Positions 37,728-50,772 of a stretch of DNA of 64,000 nt are shown one piece after another. The notes under the pieces are model-generated. The model saw only the letters and a list, made by a program, of their open reading frames with translations, ran no database searches and was not told the DNA's origin. The position numbers and the translations under genes were made by a program. Positions within the stretch are counted from its first letter, which is position 1, and each line of letters opens with the position of its first letter. The stretch is from Blepharisma stoltei ATCC 30299 (taxonomy: Eukaryota; Protista; Ciliophora), in the NCBI GenBank assembly GCA_965603825.1, contig CBFDEM010000004.1, positions 949,439 to 1,013,438 on the forward strand. Reading direction: 5' to 3'.

Positions 37728-39137
37728 ATGGAATTTACCTCAGAAGAAACCAAATCTTATGCCACACGAAGCTTGCAACATAAGCTGCTTTTAAAAGCCC
37801 AGCTAAATCTACAAGGCATAAACACTTGGAGTATGAATATAATCGCCGCAAGTGAAAAACTAATGAAAGTTTACATAGCATGTGGAGCTACCATCAATAT
37901 CATAAATCTCACTTATAACTATAAGAATGGAGCTACTTCCTCATTTCGAATAAACAGCCGAGAAGCTTCTATCCAGCCTACCATTATTACAAGCTTAAAA
38001 ATCCTGAAATTCAATGAAGAAGAAGTTTTGTGTATTTTGACTATGGACGCTCAAGCAATTTTATATTTTATTGAAAATCCTGACAGGACACCTCTCTATT
38101 ATAGCAATTTTGACCCAGCTTATGAGGACAACTCCACATGAAGCTGCACCTCATCTGGCCATATGCTGCTTTTAGGCTCAAACTCCCACACAATAAATGC
38201 AATGGACTTAGAAACAGGTGACAGTAAAAGACTAAAAATACATGACCACAATATCCCTTGTATAGATTTTTCCCCCTCAGGTAAATATTTTGCTTGTGCA
38301 AGTATTGATTCTACAGTCAGCATATCTATGCTTAATAAAAAATTAAAATGATGCAGACCATGTGGGGAATGGGGCTGGGGTGTTAAATGAGTCCCTAAAA
38401 ATTCTATAGCAAATTTTAATGCTTTGCCAAGAAATAATGTACAGAGTTTACGTGGCCGATATCAGTCTCAATTGTATCCTACATCTTATATAAATCATAT
38501 AAACAATATAACTGGGCATTTTAATATGTTTAATGCTGACGAATATTTCCAAGAACTCAGGAGAAGACTGTTTGGAGAGCCAGTCGATTTGTTGACTGAT
38601 AGTGAAGAAGAATCAGAAGAGATGGAAGTAGAGTGCTGAGAAGAGTCACAAAATGAAGGGGAAGAACATCATGAAGAAATTGATGACTGTTTTTTGCTTT
38701 ATACAACAGGAGACACAGTCCATTTAATAGACCCTTCTATAAATCCTAAACAAAATGACTCCAATATGCACGTCGCAGCTGTCTACATCCCTGACCTCGA
38801 CATCCACAATGGAAACACTCGCCTTTCTTTATTAGAATACATTCCTGAATTCTCCCTCTGTATAATCGCTAACCAAAGAGGCAGAGAACTAATGTTCCTT
38901 AAGCTTGCAAAAGACACCAAATCCCAAAACCCCGAGTCAAATTCTCAGCCTTATGTCTCATTTATCCCAGAAGCCTCCATTATGCTAGACCAGCCAATCC
39001 TCGGAATGGCAGTAGTATCAGACATAAAATCCGAAAATTCCCAAGCAAGAATTTACTGTATCACGGACCGCTCTCTGCTTTACACCATCCAAATAAACCT
39101 AAAAAATGACTCTGGGCTTGAAAAGATCATTATTTAA
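37728..39137 (+). CDS. CRT10-like WD40 beta-propeller protein
   Basis: Four ORFs in one frame, joined by TGA at 38139, 38349, 38388 and 38637. ST(W)S..GSNSHTI..HDHNIPCIDFS..SID..WGWGVK(W). Confidence 0.75.
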
Positions 39138-39170
39138 ATGGTATAAAATTAATTAATAAATTGCTAAAAA

Positions 39171-39629
39171 ATGGAATCACGACGACGCAGATCTATAGGG
39201 AATAAGTCACTTTTAAGCTATTTGGAAAAAGAAAAAAAGCTAGATAATGTGATAAGCAGGCTGGGAAGGGTTTCTCCAGATTCTTATGGAAATTTTAAGG
39301 TGGAACCTCCCTTTAGGAGAACGAGGACCTTGTCTAATGGTAGTAAAACACTGTTTGGAAATTTGGACACAAAAGAGCATCATTTTTATAGGCCAAGACA
39401 AGGGACTGGAAAGCTGAGGGATAAGTTTAAGCGTTTTTTTAGCAGTGAAGAAGCCCCTATTGATTTAGAAATTAAGAAAGCTCTGAAAGAGTATGGACTG
39501 GATAATGTGAGTTATGATAAAAAAACATTTGAAACGAAAAAGTTTAATGTATTCGATAAATATTTCGGGGAGAATGGGGAGAGGGAGCAAGCGTTTTTTA
39601 TTGAAAATGTTAAAAAGTTGTATATTTAA
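39171..39629 (+). CDS. Hypothetical basic protein
   Basis: 152-aa ORF with an A-rich start context and TAA stop; no motif recognised. Confidence 0.55.
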   Translation: MESRRRRSIGNKSLLSYLEKEKKLDNVISRLGRVSPDSYGNFKVEPPFRRTRTLSNGSKTLFGNLDTKEHHFYRPRQGTGKLRDKFKRFFSSEEAPIDLEIKKALKEYGLDNVSYDKKTFETKKFNVFDKYFGENGEREQAFFIENVKKLYI

Positions 39630-40248
39630 AGGACGGAAAAATGAAAGAAACTCTGCATTATTATCATAAAGTATAATGCGAGCGCTAGAAAGAAAATTTA
39701 ATTTTAATTAAAACGATATAAAATTTTGATTAAAACAATATAAAATTTACAATAAAAATGAAATTAGACATTTTAAGCAGAACCAATTTGATTATTATTT
39801 GACTGAGGATTTAAGGTAAATAACTATTATTACCAATCAGCACTTACTTATTTTTTAAAATATTTTTTTAAATGCAGAAAATCAATTATGGCAATTTATA
39901 ATTTGGAGAATATCCTAAAATTCTGAGACATAGAATTATTTTCTGTTATTGATTTAATATCCTTCATAATAATTCTCTAAGCTACAAAATAAACCTCAAA
40001 TAGCAAAAGCTAGCCCTATATAAAATTCCCTTTAACTTCCCAAAATTTCCAACCGATATCCCATCCTTCTTGTCTTTATTTCCTCTTCCCACTCTCTTTT
40101 CATCAGAAAATCCCATTAATCCAATTTAAACATTAAATTCAAAAACCCAACCAAAATGAAATGGCCTATAATTTTTTAATTTGAACATGAGCAAGCTGCT
40201 TCTCCCGCGAGTTAATTGTTACGTAATTTGTCGAATAATTGATATACA

Positions 40249-41319
40249 ATGAATATGGCTTTGTGTGAAAGGCGTTCATGAACGCAAGAGGTGACTTCTA
40301 TATAGGAAGACCAAGCAATAATTGCGCTAGTCCACGAGCATGGGATCAGGAAATGGACTCTCATTTCACAGCTGCTGCAAGACAAATACCACCAAAATCG
40401 GACAGGCAAACAATGCCGCGAGCGTTGGCACAACCATCTTGATCCAGAAATCAATAAAAAGGCATGGTCAGAAGAAGAAGATAAAGTCCTTTTTGAGGCT
40501 CACAAGCAGCATGGAAACCGATGGGCGGATATAGCTGCCCTCTTGCCTGGCCGTACTGATAATTCAATCAAGAACCATTTTTATAGTGCTTTAAGGAGAA
40601 ACCTGAAAAAATATAATAAAACAAAGCCCCATGCAGAAAGACTCACAGGATCCGTTAGAACAATTCTTAGGAATCCTAATATAGCGGAGCTTCTTTTGCA
40701 GCAAGAAGCCCCAGCAAGGCCTCCCAAAGATAAATCAAATCTCCCTGCCAAAGAAAAGAAAGTTAAAATAATCCCGAACGATTTTGTTGCGTAAATTCTA
40801 TGCAGGAGAAGATCTGGCAGAATTAAAACCAAGCAAGAAGAAATGCAGTCAAATGAAACTGATGAGTCCAGTGATGAATCTGATGAAGAAACTGTGGAGA
40901 AAAAAATCGAAATTAATGTAATTCCACCTTCTTCAGAAGAAGACCCAGCAGTCAGTGAAGAAAAAGAGACTGCAAAATCTGACGGAGAGCTTTCAGATGA
41001 AGCGCCTTTTTTGCTCTATAACTTATCCAAACCATCAGAAGAACCAAAAGTCGAAAATGATCTTCAAATTCCTGCTTCTGTGATGGAACACAAACTGCCT
41101 CCTTATTTCAAAGCTTTCCTAGCATGCCCGCCTGCCAGCTCTCAGAGTGCCCCTTTTATGAACTCTACAATCTCAAATTTCATGCAGTCTCTCAGACCAT
41201 CAGGACATTTCGTTCAAGGTTTTCATGGACTACTCCACAATTCAGCACAGCCGAGCCCTCAGAGGAGAGGTTTCACTCTGAATTATGGCCACTATGGGGA
41301 TCTTGGAAGATATTCCTAA
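40249..41319 (+). CDS. R2R3-Myb transcription factor
   Basis: RRS(W=TGA at 40279)TQE|[54 protein letters not shown]; introns 40291-40305 and 40791-40805. Confidence 0.92.
40291..40305 (+). other. 15-nt spliceosomal intron
   Basis: GTGACTTCTATATAG. Removal restores WTQEED. Confidence 0.9.
40791..40805 (+). other. 15-nt spliceosomal intron
   Basis: GTAAATTCTATGCAG contains an in-frame TAA and has A at position 10. Confidence 0.82.
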
Positions 41320-41382
41320 ATAAGCAGAAATTTAAAGAATAGGATTAGATATGGAGTAATATTAAGAATAATTATTCCCAGT

Positions 41383-41835
41383 ATGAAACTTTCAGACACA
41401 GCTATAGGAATAATCAAGCTAATTATTATCATTTCAGCCTTGCTCGGATTCATATCAGGATTCTCAAATATCACCACTATTGAAGGATACACATCAATCC
41501 TCGTATGTATTTATCTCATGTAAATTTTATTTAGAATGTTTTCAGTAATAATTGTTTTGACAGAAATTAGTCCTTTTATATATGAAAATTTCATAGTCAG
41601 GATGTTTCCGTTTATGGGCCACCAACTCGGGAAAGCAATTTTTTTAGCAATTCTGTCAAGTTTTTGTTTTGGGCAAGAAATGGGGACGCTTGGAAAAACC
41701 ACTGGGACTTTATTGCTGATTTCTTCTTTAGGGGCAATTGCATTGTATACAGCTGATTATGGGAGAACTCCTCAGGTAGAAATAAAGATGAATTCGCCTT
41801 ATTATGGAGATGATCCTTATAATAATGAAATATAG
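41383..41835 (+). CDS. COPI-associated (Tvp15-like) Golgi membrane protein
   Basis: ATG at 41383 and intron 41520-41534. Four TM segments with ..VLTE..FPFM...LGKAIFL. Confidence 0.7.
41520..41534 (+). other. 15-nt spliceosomal intron
   Basis: GTAAATTTTATTTAG contains an in-frame TAA and has A at position 10. Confidence 0.82.
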
Positions 41836-41992
41836 TTTTATTATAAAATAAGAATTGATAATAGAAATCGTAAGCATAATAAATTATCATTGAAATAAAT
41901 AGATATTTATTTGAATGTCTATCAAAACATAGAAATTTTTACTATAACTTTTATTATCATTTTCACTTATAATAGTTTTAATATTAAGAAAG

Positions 41993-42574
41993 CTACTCAG
42001 AAGTCCGAGATAATAACGCACTGAAATTCTCATAAAGGTCTCTGTTTTCCCTTCCAAATATTGTGCTAACTTCACTCAGCAGTTGTTCTCTCCCTACAAA
42101 TTTATCATTAAATTGTTTTACATATGACAATAATTTTGAAAAATTTTCATATGAAAGCCTTGATTTTGATTCTGCAAAAAATCGTTTTCCATCAATAAGT
42201 CTATCACGTGGGGTTAATGAACTGAAATTTAGCAGTGGGCTTTGTGGAACGCTTGGAGTAAAATCAAGTGATGGCCTATCTTCTTGATCTTGAATTGAAT
42301 TCAACAGATTTGCTTTGAATTGCTCAAGTTTTTTGTTTTCTGATGCGGCTGAGTTATATCTGGATTTTAGTTGAGCGTTTTCTATTACAAGCTCGTTAAT
42401 ATTTTTGTTGATATTTTCTAGCTCTTTGGTTAATTTGCTGATTTCTAGATTTAGCGTAAATGCTTCTTGCTCTTTGAGGGAGTGTTGCTCTTCTTCTCGT
42501 TCTTTTCAGGCTTCAAGAAATAAATGAAGAGCGGCATCTTTTTTGGCTGATTGTTTTTTACCTTCTGTGCTCAT
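41993..42574 (-). CDS. Coiled-coil protein with an At4g15545-like C-terminal domain
   Basis: ATG at 42574 and one TGA=Trp. C-terminal IDGKRFF...RLSYENF..LL..VKQFN..IFG.EN.DLYENFSALL. Confidence 0.75.
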
Positions 42575-42958
42575 AATAATTTAAATTAGCTTGAGATGGA
42601 ATTTTATGATTAAGTAAATGGCATCTGGAAAGTTTTAGATTTAGCATCGAAGAATTGGCTTGATTGGAATGATTATAACTGTATTAGTGAAGTTTTTTGG
42701 GATTAATTATTTATTTCTACTAAAATGCGATCTAGATTTGAAATAAAAGTTATATGCCCTTATATAAATATGCATATTATGAATATCTTAAGTAGCAGAA
42801 TTAGGCTTCCGTTCATTTGGCAGGATTTAAGTCCTAGGTTTACCATTAAAATCTAATAGCAATCTAAAGCTTAAATTATTTAAAAATCTTATTAATACTA
42901 CTATATTTAAAAGATGATTATCTTATCCATATTTAAATTCATTTAAATTTCATATAAA

Positions 42959-44818
42959 ATGGACACACCAAACAGAATCTTCAAATGAACCGTAATTTCT
43001 AGTCAGACAATATTACTTGACGGAGAAGTCGAAGATTTTCCATTACTTTGCAGGCTTGATTTGCCTAATCAAGACGTCATAAAAGTCGATTCCGAAAGGA
43101 CAAGAATGCGGCTTATTAATAAACAAGAAAAAGATCTTATTGAACTTCTGTTGACATATTTTTGTAAAGAAACAAATATTAACTACAAGCAAGGCATGAA
43201 TGAAGTCTTAGCCCCGTTTTTATTATTTTTCAGAGACGGACTAAGCCTAAGTAAGGTGTATCGGCTTTATCATAATTTTGTCGCAAAATTTTTGGAAAAT
43301 ATGTTTTCCGACGACGAATTTGTCATATTGGAGTCTTATTTTGTGTTATTTAAGCTGCTATTGAGATATTATGACCCAGAGCTTGGACTATTTTTAGATG
43401 ATAATAAAATAGGGCCTGAACTTTATGCAACTCCTTGGTTTATTACTCTTTTTGCAAGTAAAATTGCAGATGTAGAAGTACTATATGAACTATGGGAGAA
43501 GTATATGAATGAGAATGATAAGCTATTTTTCCTTTTTGTCGCCCTTGCTTTGATGATAAAATCTCGAAATTCAATATTAAGATCTGACCCCTCACTTGTG
43601 TGCCAACACTTAACAGAGCTTACATTTAAAAACCTAGAAGTAATAGAATATGTGCTTGAGCTGTCGAAAAACCTTAAGAAAAATTTACCTTATTCTTTAT
43701 ATATTTCTTTATATAAACCAAGCAACCTTAGCATAGACGCATTTATAGCCCAGCAATATTCAAAATTTTGTTTAAAACTTAGCCCTAGGGAACTTATATT
43801 AAAATGCTACCCATTATCCTCAGCTTGCCTTTGTTCAGGTAAATGCCTTTGGTGCTCAAAATCTAAAAGTGAAAACCGTTTGTTGATTTTTGACTGTAGA
43901 AAAGCAGATGAACAAAGGTACGGAGTCATTCCAAACACGATATCTTTGAATACGCAATTCTTTTATGATATGGAAAGCTTGAGGGATTTTCCTGATAGAT
44001 ATTTGCCGTTTAAAGGAAAAGTCCACATTGTTCTATTAGGAAACGAAGATTTGAAATTTAAAGAATATAGAAATAAGGGTAGCCTAAAAGGAGAGGTATA
44101 TGATCTAAAAAATATCGAGGAAAATACCGAAGATAAATTTATATTGAGCTTGTATATAGCATTTTCTGAAAAGAAATTCCCATATGTCAGTGTAGTTGAC
44201 GGTGGATTTTATGCTTGTCATAATTTAATTGTAAAACAAGGCTTGAAACTTATAAATCATGGACCTGACACATGTATATATTGCAACCCAAAGCTCCAAG
44301 ATCTCCCTAAAGAGCCTCCAAACATAATAAGCGGCCTAAAAAACGTTTTTTCCAGCGTCAAAAAATATTTTAAAAAGCTCGGTTCCGATAAGAACCCTAA
44401 AACTACTCCTGGCCCATCAACAGTTATTGTAAAAAAAAATCTAGAAAAGTGAAAAAGTGACGACAGTGTCTGCTTTTTTATATGTAAACAATACGAAAAT
44501 CCTAAAAATCTTGAAAACGCTGAAAACTGCATCATAATTATCACGAGATCCAAATTTTTGGTATCAACCCCTTTCAGTGATATCTCGTCAAGCTCTGATA
44601 TGGCTGTAGGGAATATTAAAGCAAAAGTAAGAGTCAAAGATTTTATGAAGGCTGCAAAGAAAAGGAATTTACAAACAGCGATTACGTTTTATTTTAAAGG
44701 GAAAAAGCTAATAACTTTGAGTTTCTTGTTTAAAAGTGCCATAGAAGCTAAAGCATGCTTAGTGCAGCTGAGAGCCCATTTTAATAGGCTAAGAGAAATG
44801 AGTTTAATTGCTACATAA
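42959..44818 (+). CDS. TBC1D23-like protein (TBC + rhodanese-like + C-terminal PH-like)
   Basis: ATG at 42959, with TGA=Trp near the N-terminus and at 44450. IKVDSERT, YKQGMNE, PELYATPWFITLFA, IFDCR..YGVIP, FPYVSVVDGGFYACH. Confidence 0.85.
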
Positions 44819-45182
44819 TTTACCTGTTTGATATAAATCCCCATTTAAGATTGCATTGATAAAATCTAAAAATCTTATCATACATGTTACAAAATGGTTT
44901 TAAATTACCATTTTTGTTTTGTTTCAGTATCCACACTCCTAATTCAGAAAAAAAATTAGAAGCTTATTTCCCCCTCTTCTTCTCAAAATCCCTAAAATTC
45001 TTGCAAACCTCATTCTCCCTCCACAACTTTCTATCACCTAATCCCAATTTTTTCGCATTTTCATAAAAATTTTTTAAATCTTTTGAATCCTCCTAATCTT
45101 TCTTATTTTTCAAATTTTTATTTATTCCTCTACACCTTATTCTCTTATATCCCCATTCTGAGCCACTATTTAATAATCAAAA

Positions 45183-46268
45183 ATGGAACTAGAAACACAA
45201 AAGAATCATTCGCTCAACGATTTCGAGTTATTAAAAGTAATAGGAAAAGGCCGATTTGGAAAAGTCCTTTTAGTCAAAAAAAAGATTTCAGGTGAGCTCT
45301 TCGCAATGAAAATTTTAAAGAAAAAATACATCGAAGAATGCAGACAAATCGAACATACACGAACAGAACGAAAAATCCTGGCAAGAGTTGACCACCCTTA
45401 TATAGTGAAATTTTATTATGCTTTTCAAAGCAATGAAAGGCTTTATTTTATTCTTGAATACTGCTCAGGCGGAGAGCTCTTTTTCCATCTTAACCGAGCT
45501 AGACGATTTGACGAGGAAAGGGTGAAATTTTATAGTGCCTGCCTTGTACTTGCAATAGAGCATTTGCATAGTAAAAATATTATTTATAGAGAGTAATTAT
45601 TATGCAGTTTAAAGCCAGAAAATGTATTGATTGACGAAGACGGGTTTCCAAAAATCACTGATTTTGGACTCTCAAAGGAAGACTGCAAAGATCCACGCTC
45701 AGCGAGGAGTTTTTGTGGGACTGCTGAGTACTTAGCACCTGAAGTGATCATTAAACAAGGATATGGAAAAGTCGTTGATTGATGGTCTCTTGGATGCATT
45801 ATTTATGAAATGCTGGTCGGGCTACCACCGTTTTATAACGAAAATAAAAAGTATGTCTATATGAAAATCCTATCCGAGGACCCACATTTACCTGATTTTT
45901 TGTCGAGTGCAGTAAAAAGTTTGCTTAGTGGGCTGCTCAATAAAGACCCGAATAGGAGATTGGGTGCTGAGGGTGCTGATGAAATAAAAAGGAATCCATG
46001 GTTTTTTGATATAGACTGGGTAGCTTTAGAAGCGAAAAGTATTATGCCTCCATTTATTCCGAATATTTCTGATCCTGCAAATAGCAGATATTTTAGTGAG
46101 GAATTTACAAATTCAGCAATGAGCTCTGCATCGCCCAATCAGCTGTCGCCAAGAGCTTGTAGCCCAACTTATGATGGATTTTCATATTCAAGCAGCCCTA
46201 TTGAACCGAGATGTGCATTTGATACGGAATTTACGATAAGAGGAGAAGTGGGGCAATCCGTTGTTTAA
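45183..46268 (+). CDS. AGC-family Ser/Thr kinase (SGK/S6K/PKB-like)
   Basis: [14 protein letters not shown](D)LKPEN across the intron, [18 protein letters not shown](W=TGA)WSLG, PPFIP, hydrophobic motif YDGFSY. Confidence 0.93.
45593..45607 (+). other. 15-nt spliceosomal intron splitting the catalytic Asp codon
   Basis: GA|GTAATTATTATGCAG|T restores YRDLKPEN exactly. Confidence 0.95.
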
Positions 46269-47016
46269 TGAAGTATTTAATCTACCTATTAGATATAGGT
46301 TAAGAATATTTACAATATGAAGGCGGCTTTAATTAAGACTCCTTTTTTACTTAAATTTTAATAATTTTATTTATAATTAATCTTTAAGCAGTCTCTTTAT
46401 AAATTATGCAATAAAAAAGTTTAAAATATAAGTCTGCTATTAATAATCCTGAAAAGTTATTAAACTGTTCAGAATCCTTATTCGATGACTTAAATATTTA
46501 TAAAAATCCTTCTTTATGATAAAAAACTAATTTAGGGTTTATTTAACTATTCTTACTTTAAATATTCAATATAAGTGGTAGTATGTTGATTTTTTTCTTT
46601 TATTGAAATATAAAAAATAGAACCCTTATTAAAGATAGCTATATTGGATTTTGCTTTAAATATAGAATAGATTTCATTTTTTATTCATAAAATATCTAAC
46701 GTTATAAAAATGGCCATATTAAATTTTTTAAATTCAATCGCTTAACGGACATCAAAAACATCCAATATCTCTGCTATGGTCCTTAAAATCCTCAGAAATT
46801 AGAATCAGTTGGATCTTTTATGAATATATATCTAAATCGTCTGTATAAGCAATATTTCAGCTTGATTTCTATTTACCCTCTTTAGAAATCCTCCTATCAA
46901 ATATTTTCTATTATCCTTTTCCCCTCAACTTCAATCCCTTGCGTTTTTCTATCATTTCTCCCTTTCCTCTTCCATTAAAAGCTAATAAACCCATAGAAAA
47001 CGGCCAGTTTATAATT

Positions 47017-50000
47017 ATGTCAGAGAAGTTAAATATAGCTCTCAGCAAGTATGAGGGAGCTATTGCACAAGAAAAACGTCCGTTAAAGAAGAAAAAAGAC
47101 TCTCCAGTCGACTTAGTGCCTTTATTAGCCTTATATCGCTACGCCAAAGGTCCAGACTATATCTTATTTATTGTTGGTCTAATCTCAACAATTGCTTTTT
47201 CAATTCTGCCTTTATTTTTAGTCATTAAGATCGGAGAAGTTATAGAAGCAATGACCAAGTATGGAGCTGACCTCGAGACCTTCTACGAAAAAGAACGAGA
47301 TATCGCAATTGTCCAATTCATTTTGGGAGCTGTGACCGTTGTAGCTGGATGAATTGCCGTTGTCGCTTTTATCCGACTCGGCAGCAACGTAGGACTTAGA
47401 TGGAAAAGTGAATATTTCAGGACTGTCATAAATAGACCTATAAAGTGGTTTGACAAGCATAATCCTGCTGAATTCGGAAGCTCAATTGACATGGACTGCA
47501 ATGCTATTGAGCACGCATCAGGAGAAAAGGTCATGCTTTTGCTGTCAGCTGTCATTTTCTTTATTGGCTCATGGATACTAGCAGCTATCATTAGTCTGCA
47601 GCTTACCCTTATAGCACTTGTTATGGTCCCTATACAAATTGCTTCGGCAGTTGGAATTGAAAGAGCCTCAATACACTCCACAGTTATAACTCAAGAAAAG
47701 TATAAAATAGCTGGAGGGATTGCAGAAGAAAGTTTGGAAGGCGTCAAAACAGTCGCTTCTTGTAATGCACAAGACACGCTTGCGAAAACTTATCAAAAAG
47801 AGCTAGAGCCACTTAAAGGCGCTACAACACTTATGGGAACTTTGCATGGGTTTGGCTGGTCTGTGTTTTTTGTGGTGCTTTTTTCATTCTGTGGAGCAAT
47901 TTATTATTATGGAGCTAAATTTTATGATGATGGAGTAGAAAATTGGTCTAATGGAGAAGTATTTGAACCTCAATATGTCATTATGATTTTCTTTGCCTGT
48001 GCTATGTCATCATTTTACCTTGGAGCTTCAATTCCTTGTCTACAATACATCCAAAACGGAAGAGTTGCCGCATCCAGAGTAGCCCACATAATCGCCAAAA
48101 ATAACAAATTTGACGGCTACCGACGTGCAGAAAATGTCCTTAAAGGCGAAATCGAGTTCAAAGATGTGCACTTCAGCTACCCTTCAAACAGAGAAGTTAG
48201 AATTCTTCAAGGAGTTTCTTTTAAAGTCAACTCAGGGCAGTCTTTAGCTATTGTCGGAGAAACTGGGTCAGGGAAAAGCACCATTGTGCAGATGATTGAA
48301 GGATTTTACTATTGTGATGCTGGGGCTGTCTGTATTGATGGGATTAATATAAGAGAATATGACTTGTCAAGCCTAAGAAATTATATTGGACTAGTAGGCC
48401 AGGAACCAGTTTTATTTAATACATCTATTAAAGAAAACATCAGAATGGGACGACTTTCTGCATTTGACCAAGAAATTTATGATGCAGCTGCAGAAGCAGA
48501 GGCTACTACATTTATTGAGCATTTAGAAAATAAATATGAAACTTATGTGGGTGTTAAAGGGTCACAAATTTCAGGAGGCCAAAAACAAAGAATTGCGATT
48601 GCAAGAGCTATGATAAAGAAGCCTAAAATTTTGCTATTGGATGAGGCTACGTCAGCATTGGACATGCACACAGAAAGAAAAATCCAGCTGACACTTGACA
48701 AAGTTATGAAAGGCAGGACCACAATTATAGTAGCCCAAAGACTCAGCACCATCAAAAACGCTGAACGTATCATTGTCCTAGACTCTGGAAAAATCATAGA
48801 AGAAGGAACCCATTCTTCTCTGACTGAAGCCAACGGCGCCTATGCAAGACTTCAAGCAATCCAAAAACAGGTCGAAACAGCATCTGAAAAATCCAGGCAA
48901 AATTTAAAGCAAATTAAGCAGCATCACGGTGACGTTGAACAAGAAAAAGCAACTGAAGATATTGACGGTGGGCTAATGATGAAAAGAATTCTATCTCTAA
49001 TGAAAAACTACGTAGGGTGGCTGCTCATTGCAATTGCCTGTGCAGTAGTCACAGGGCTGCTTTTCCCTATTTTTGGCTATCTGTTTTCTGATAATATCAT
49101 TGTTATGCTAAGACATAGAGGAGATGATATGATTGACCCTATAAGAGAAAACATGTATTATCTATTTATAGAGGCAGGAATCGTATTTTTCACATTGACA
49201 ATCCTATCAGCTGCCTTGTCAAGAATCACTGCACTTTATACCTACGATCTAAGGTTCCAAGGACTTAAGTCTCTTCTCTATTACGACCAAAAATTCTTTG
49301 ATAGACCTACAAGTAACCCAGCGACTTTATCATATAGACTTTCTTCTGACTGTGAAAAAATCTCCCAGATTGGAGGCCCAGTTTTAGGACTACAAGGACT
49401 TGTTGTGGCTGCTTTAGCTGGGGGTGTTGTTATTGCTACACAAGAAGACATTACTTTATCTCTAGTAGTTTTGGCACTGATTCCTTTTATTATTATTTCT
49501 AATGCTAAAGGCGAAATTTTACAGTTTGAAGGGCTAAGCCAAAATGACTTAAAGAATACCTCAGCCATTGCTTCAGATTCTTTAACAAATATAAAAACAG
49601 TGCATTCTTTTAATAGACAAGGATATTTCCACCAGAGATATATAACAGCTACAGAAACTGAAAACTTGGCAGTCGGCAAAAAAGCTCATGGAAATGGGAT
49701 TATGTTTGGGCTCAGATATATGGTGCTTTATTATGTGTGGGGAATTTTGGCTTGGTATGGCGCTTATAGAGTTAAAGAAGGCCAAATGGACATTGAGGCC
49801 ATGCTGACTGTATTTTTCTGCATTATGTTTTCAAGCTGGGGATTTATGGTTGTAGGAGCACTGGTACCTGATATTGAAGGAGGCATTGAGAGCGCCAAAC
49901 ATATGTTTGCAGTTATTGACTACAAGCCAGAAATCAATGCTAACTCAGACTCAGGGATATTGACACCAATAAAAGGCAGCGTTTCTTTTGATAATGTGAT

Positions 50001-50688
50001 TTTCCAATATGAAGGAAGGAGCAATATTGTCCTTCATAATGTATCTTTTAAGCTGGAAGCTGGAAAAACGCTAGGAATTACTGGGACAACAGGGTCAGGG
50101 AAGTCAACCATTGCACAGCTGATTATGAGATTTTATGACCCAAGTGCGGGAACTATACAGATTGATGGGAAACCAATAAAAGAGTTCAATTTAAAGCATT
50201 TGAGGCATCATATTTGTTGGGTTGGACAAGAGCCGATATTGTTTAAAGGGTCTCTTATGTATAACATGAGGCTTGCTAGGAGTGATGTGACTGCGGAAGA
50301 AGTACAAGATGCCATAATAAAGGCACAAGGACTTAATATATTGAATAAGTATGGACTGGAGTCAGATGTGGGTCTTAGAGGAAGCAAACTTAGTGGAGGT
50401 GAAAAACAAAGAGTTGCAATTGCAAGAGCTTTATTAAGAAGACCAAAGATTCTTGTGTTAGATGAATCCACTAGTGCTCTAGATCCAGTCACAGAAGCGA
50501 ATTTACAAGAAAAGCTAAAAGAAGAAAAGTTTACTATAATTGCAATTGCACACAGGCTGAAGACAATTAGATACTACGACAATATCATTCTTCTTGAATT
50601 GGGAACTGTCGTGGAGCAAGGAAATCATGACACCCTTGTTAGTATACCAAACGGATATTACAGGCGACTATATCAAAGTTCAGAATAA
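47017..50688 (+). CDS. Full-length ABCB (MDR/P-glycoprotein) transporter
   Basis: TMD-NBD-TMD-NBD: GETGSGKST/ISGGQKQR/LLLDEATSALD and GTTGSGKST/LSGGEKQR/LVLDESTSALD. TGA=Trp at 47350 joins the N-terminus. Confidence 0.95.
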
Positions 50689-50772
50689 TAATAATTAAGA
50701 TTTTTCTATAATAAATAAAATTTTCAAAAAATGTCTATTAAAACAGCGTTTATTTAATAAATATCAATCATT

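Noticed and set aside
39617-39631. Possible 15-nt intron GTTGTATATTTAAAG extending the 39171 gene
   Set aside because: It lacks the A at -6 present in all supported introns and has atypical GTT and AAG ends.
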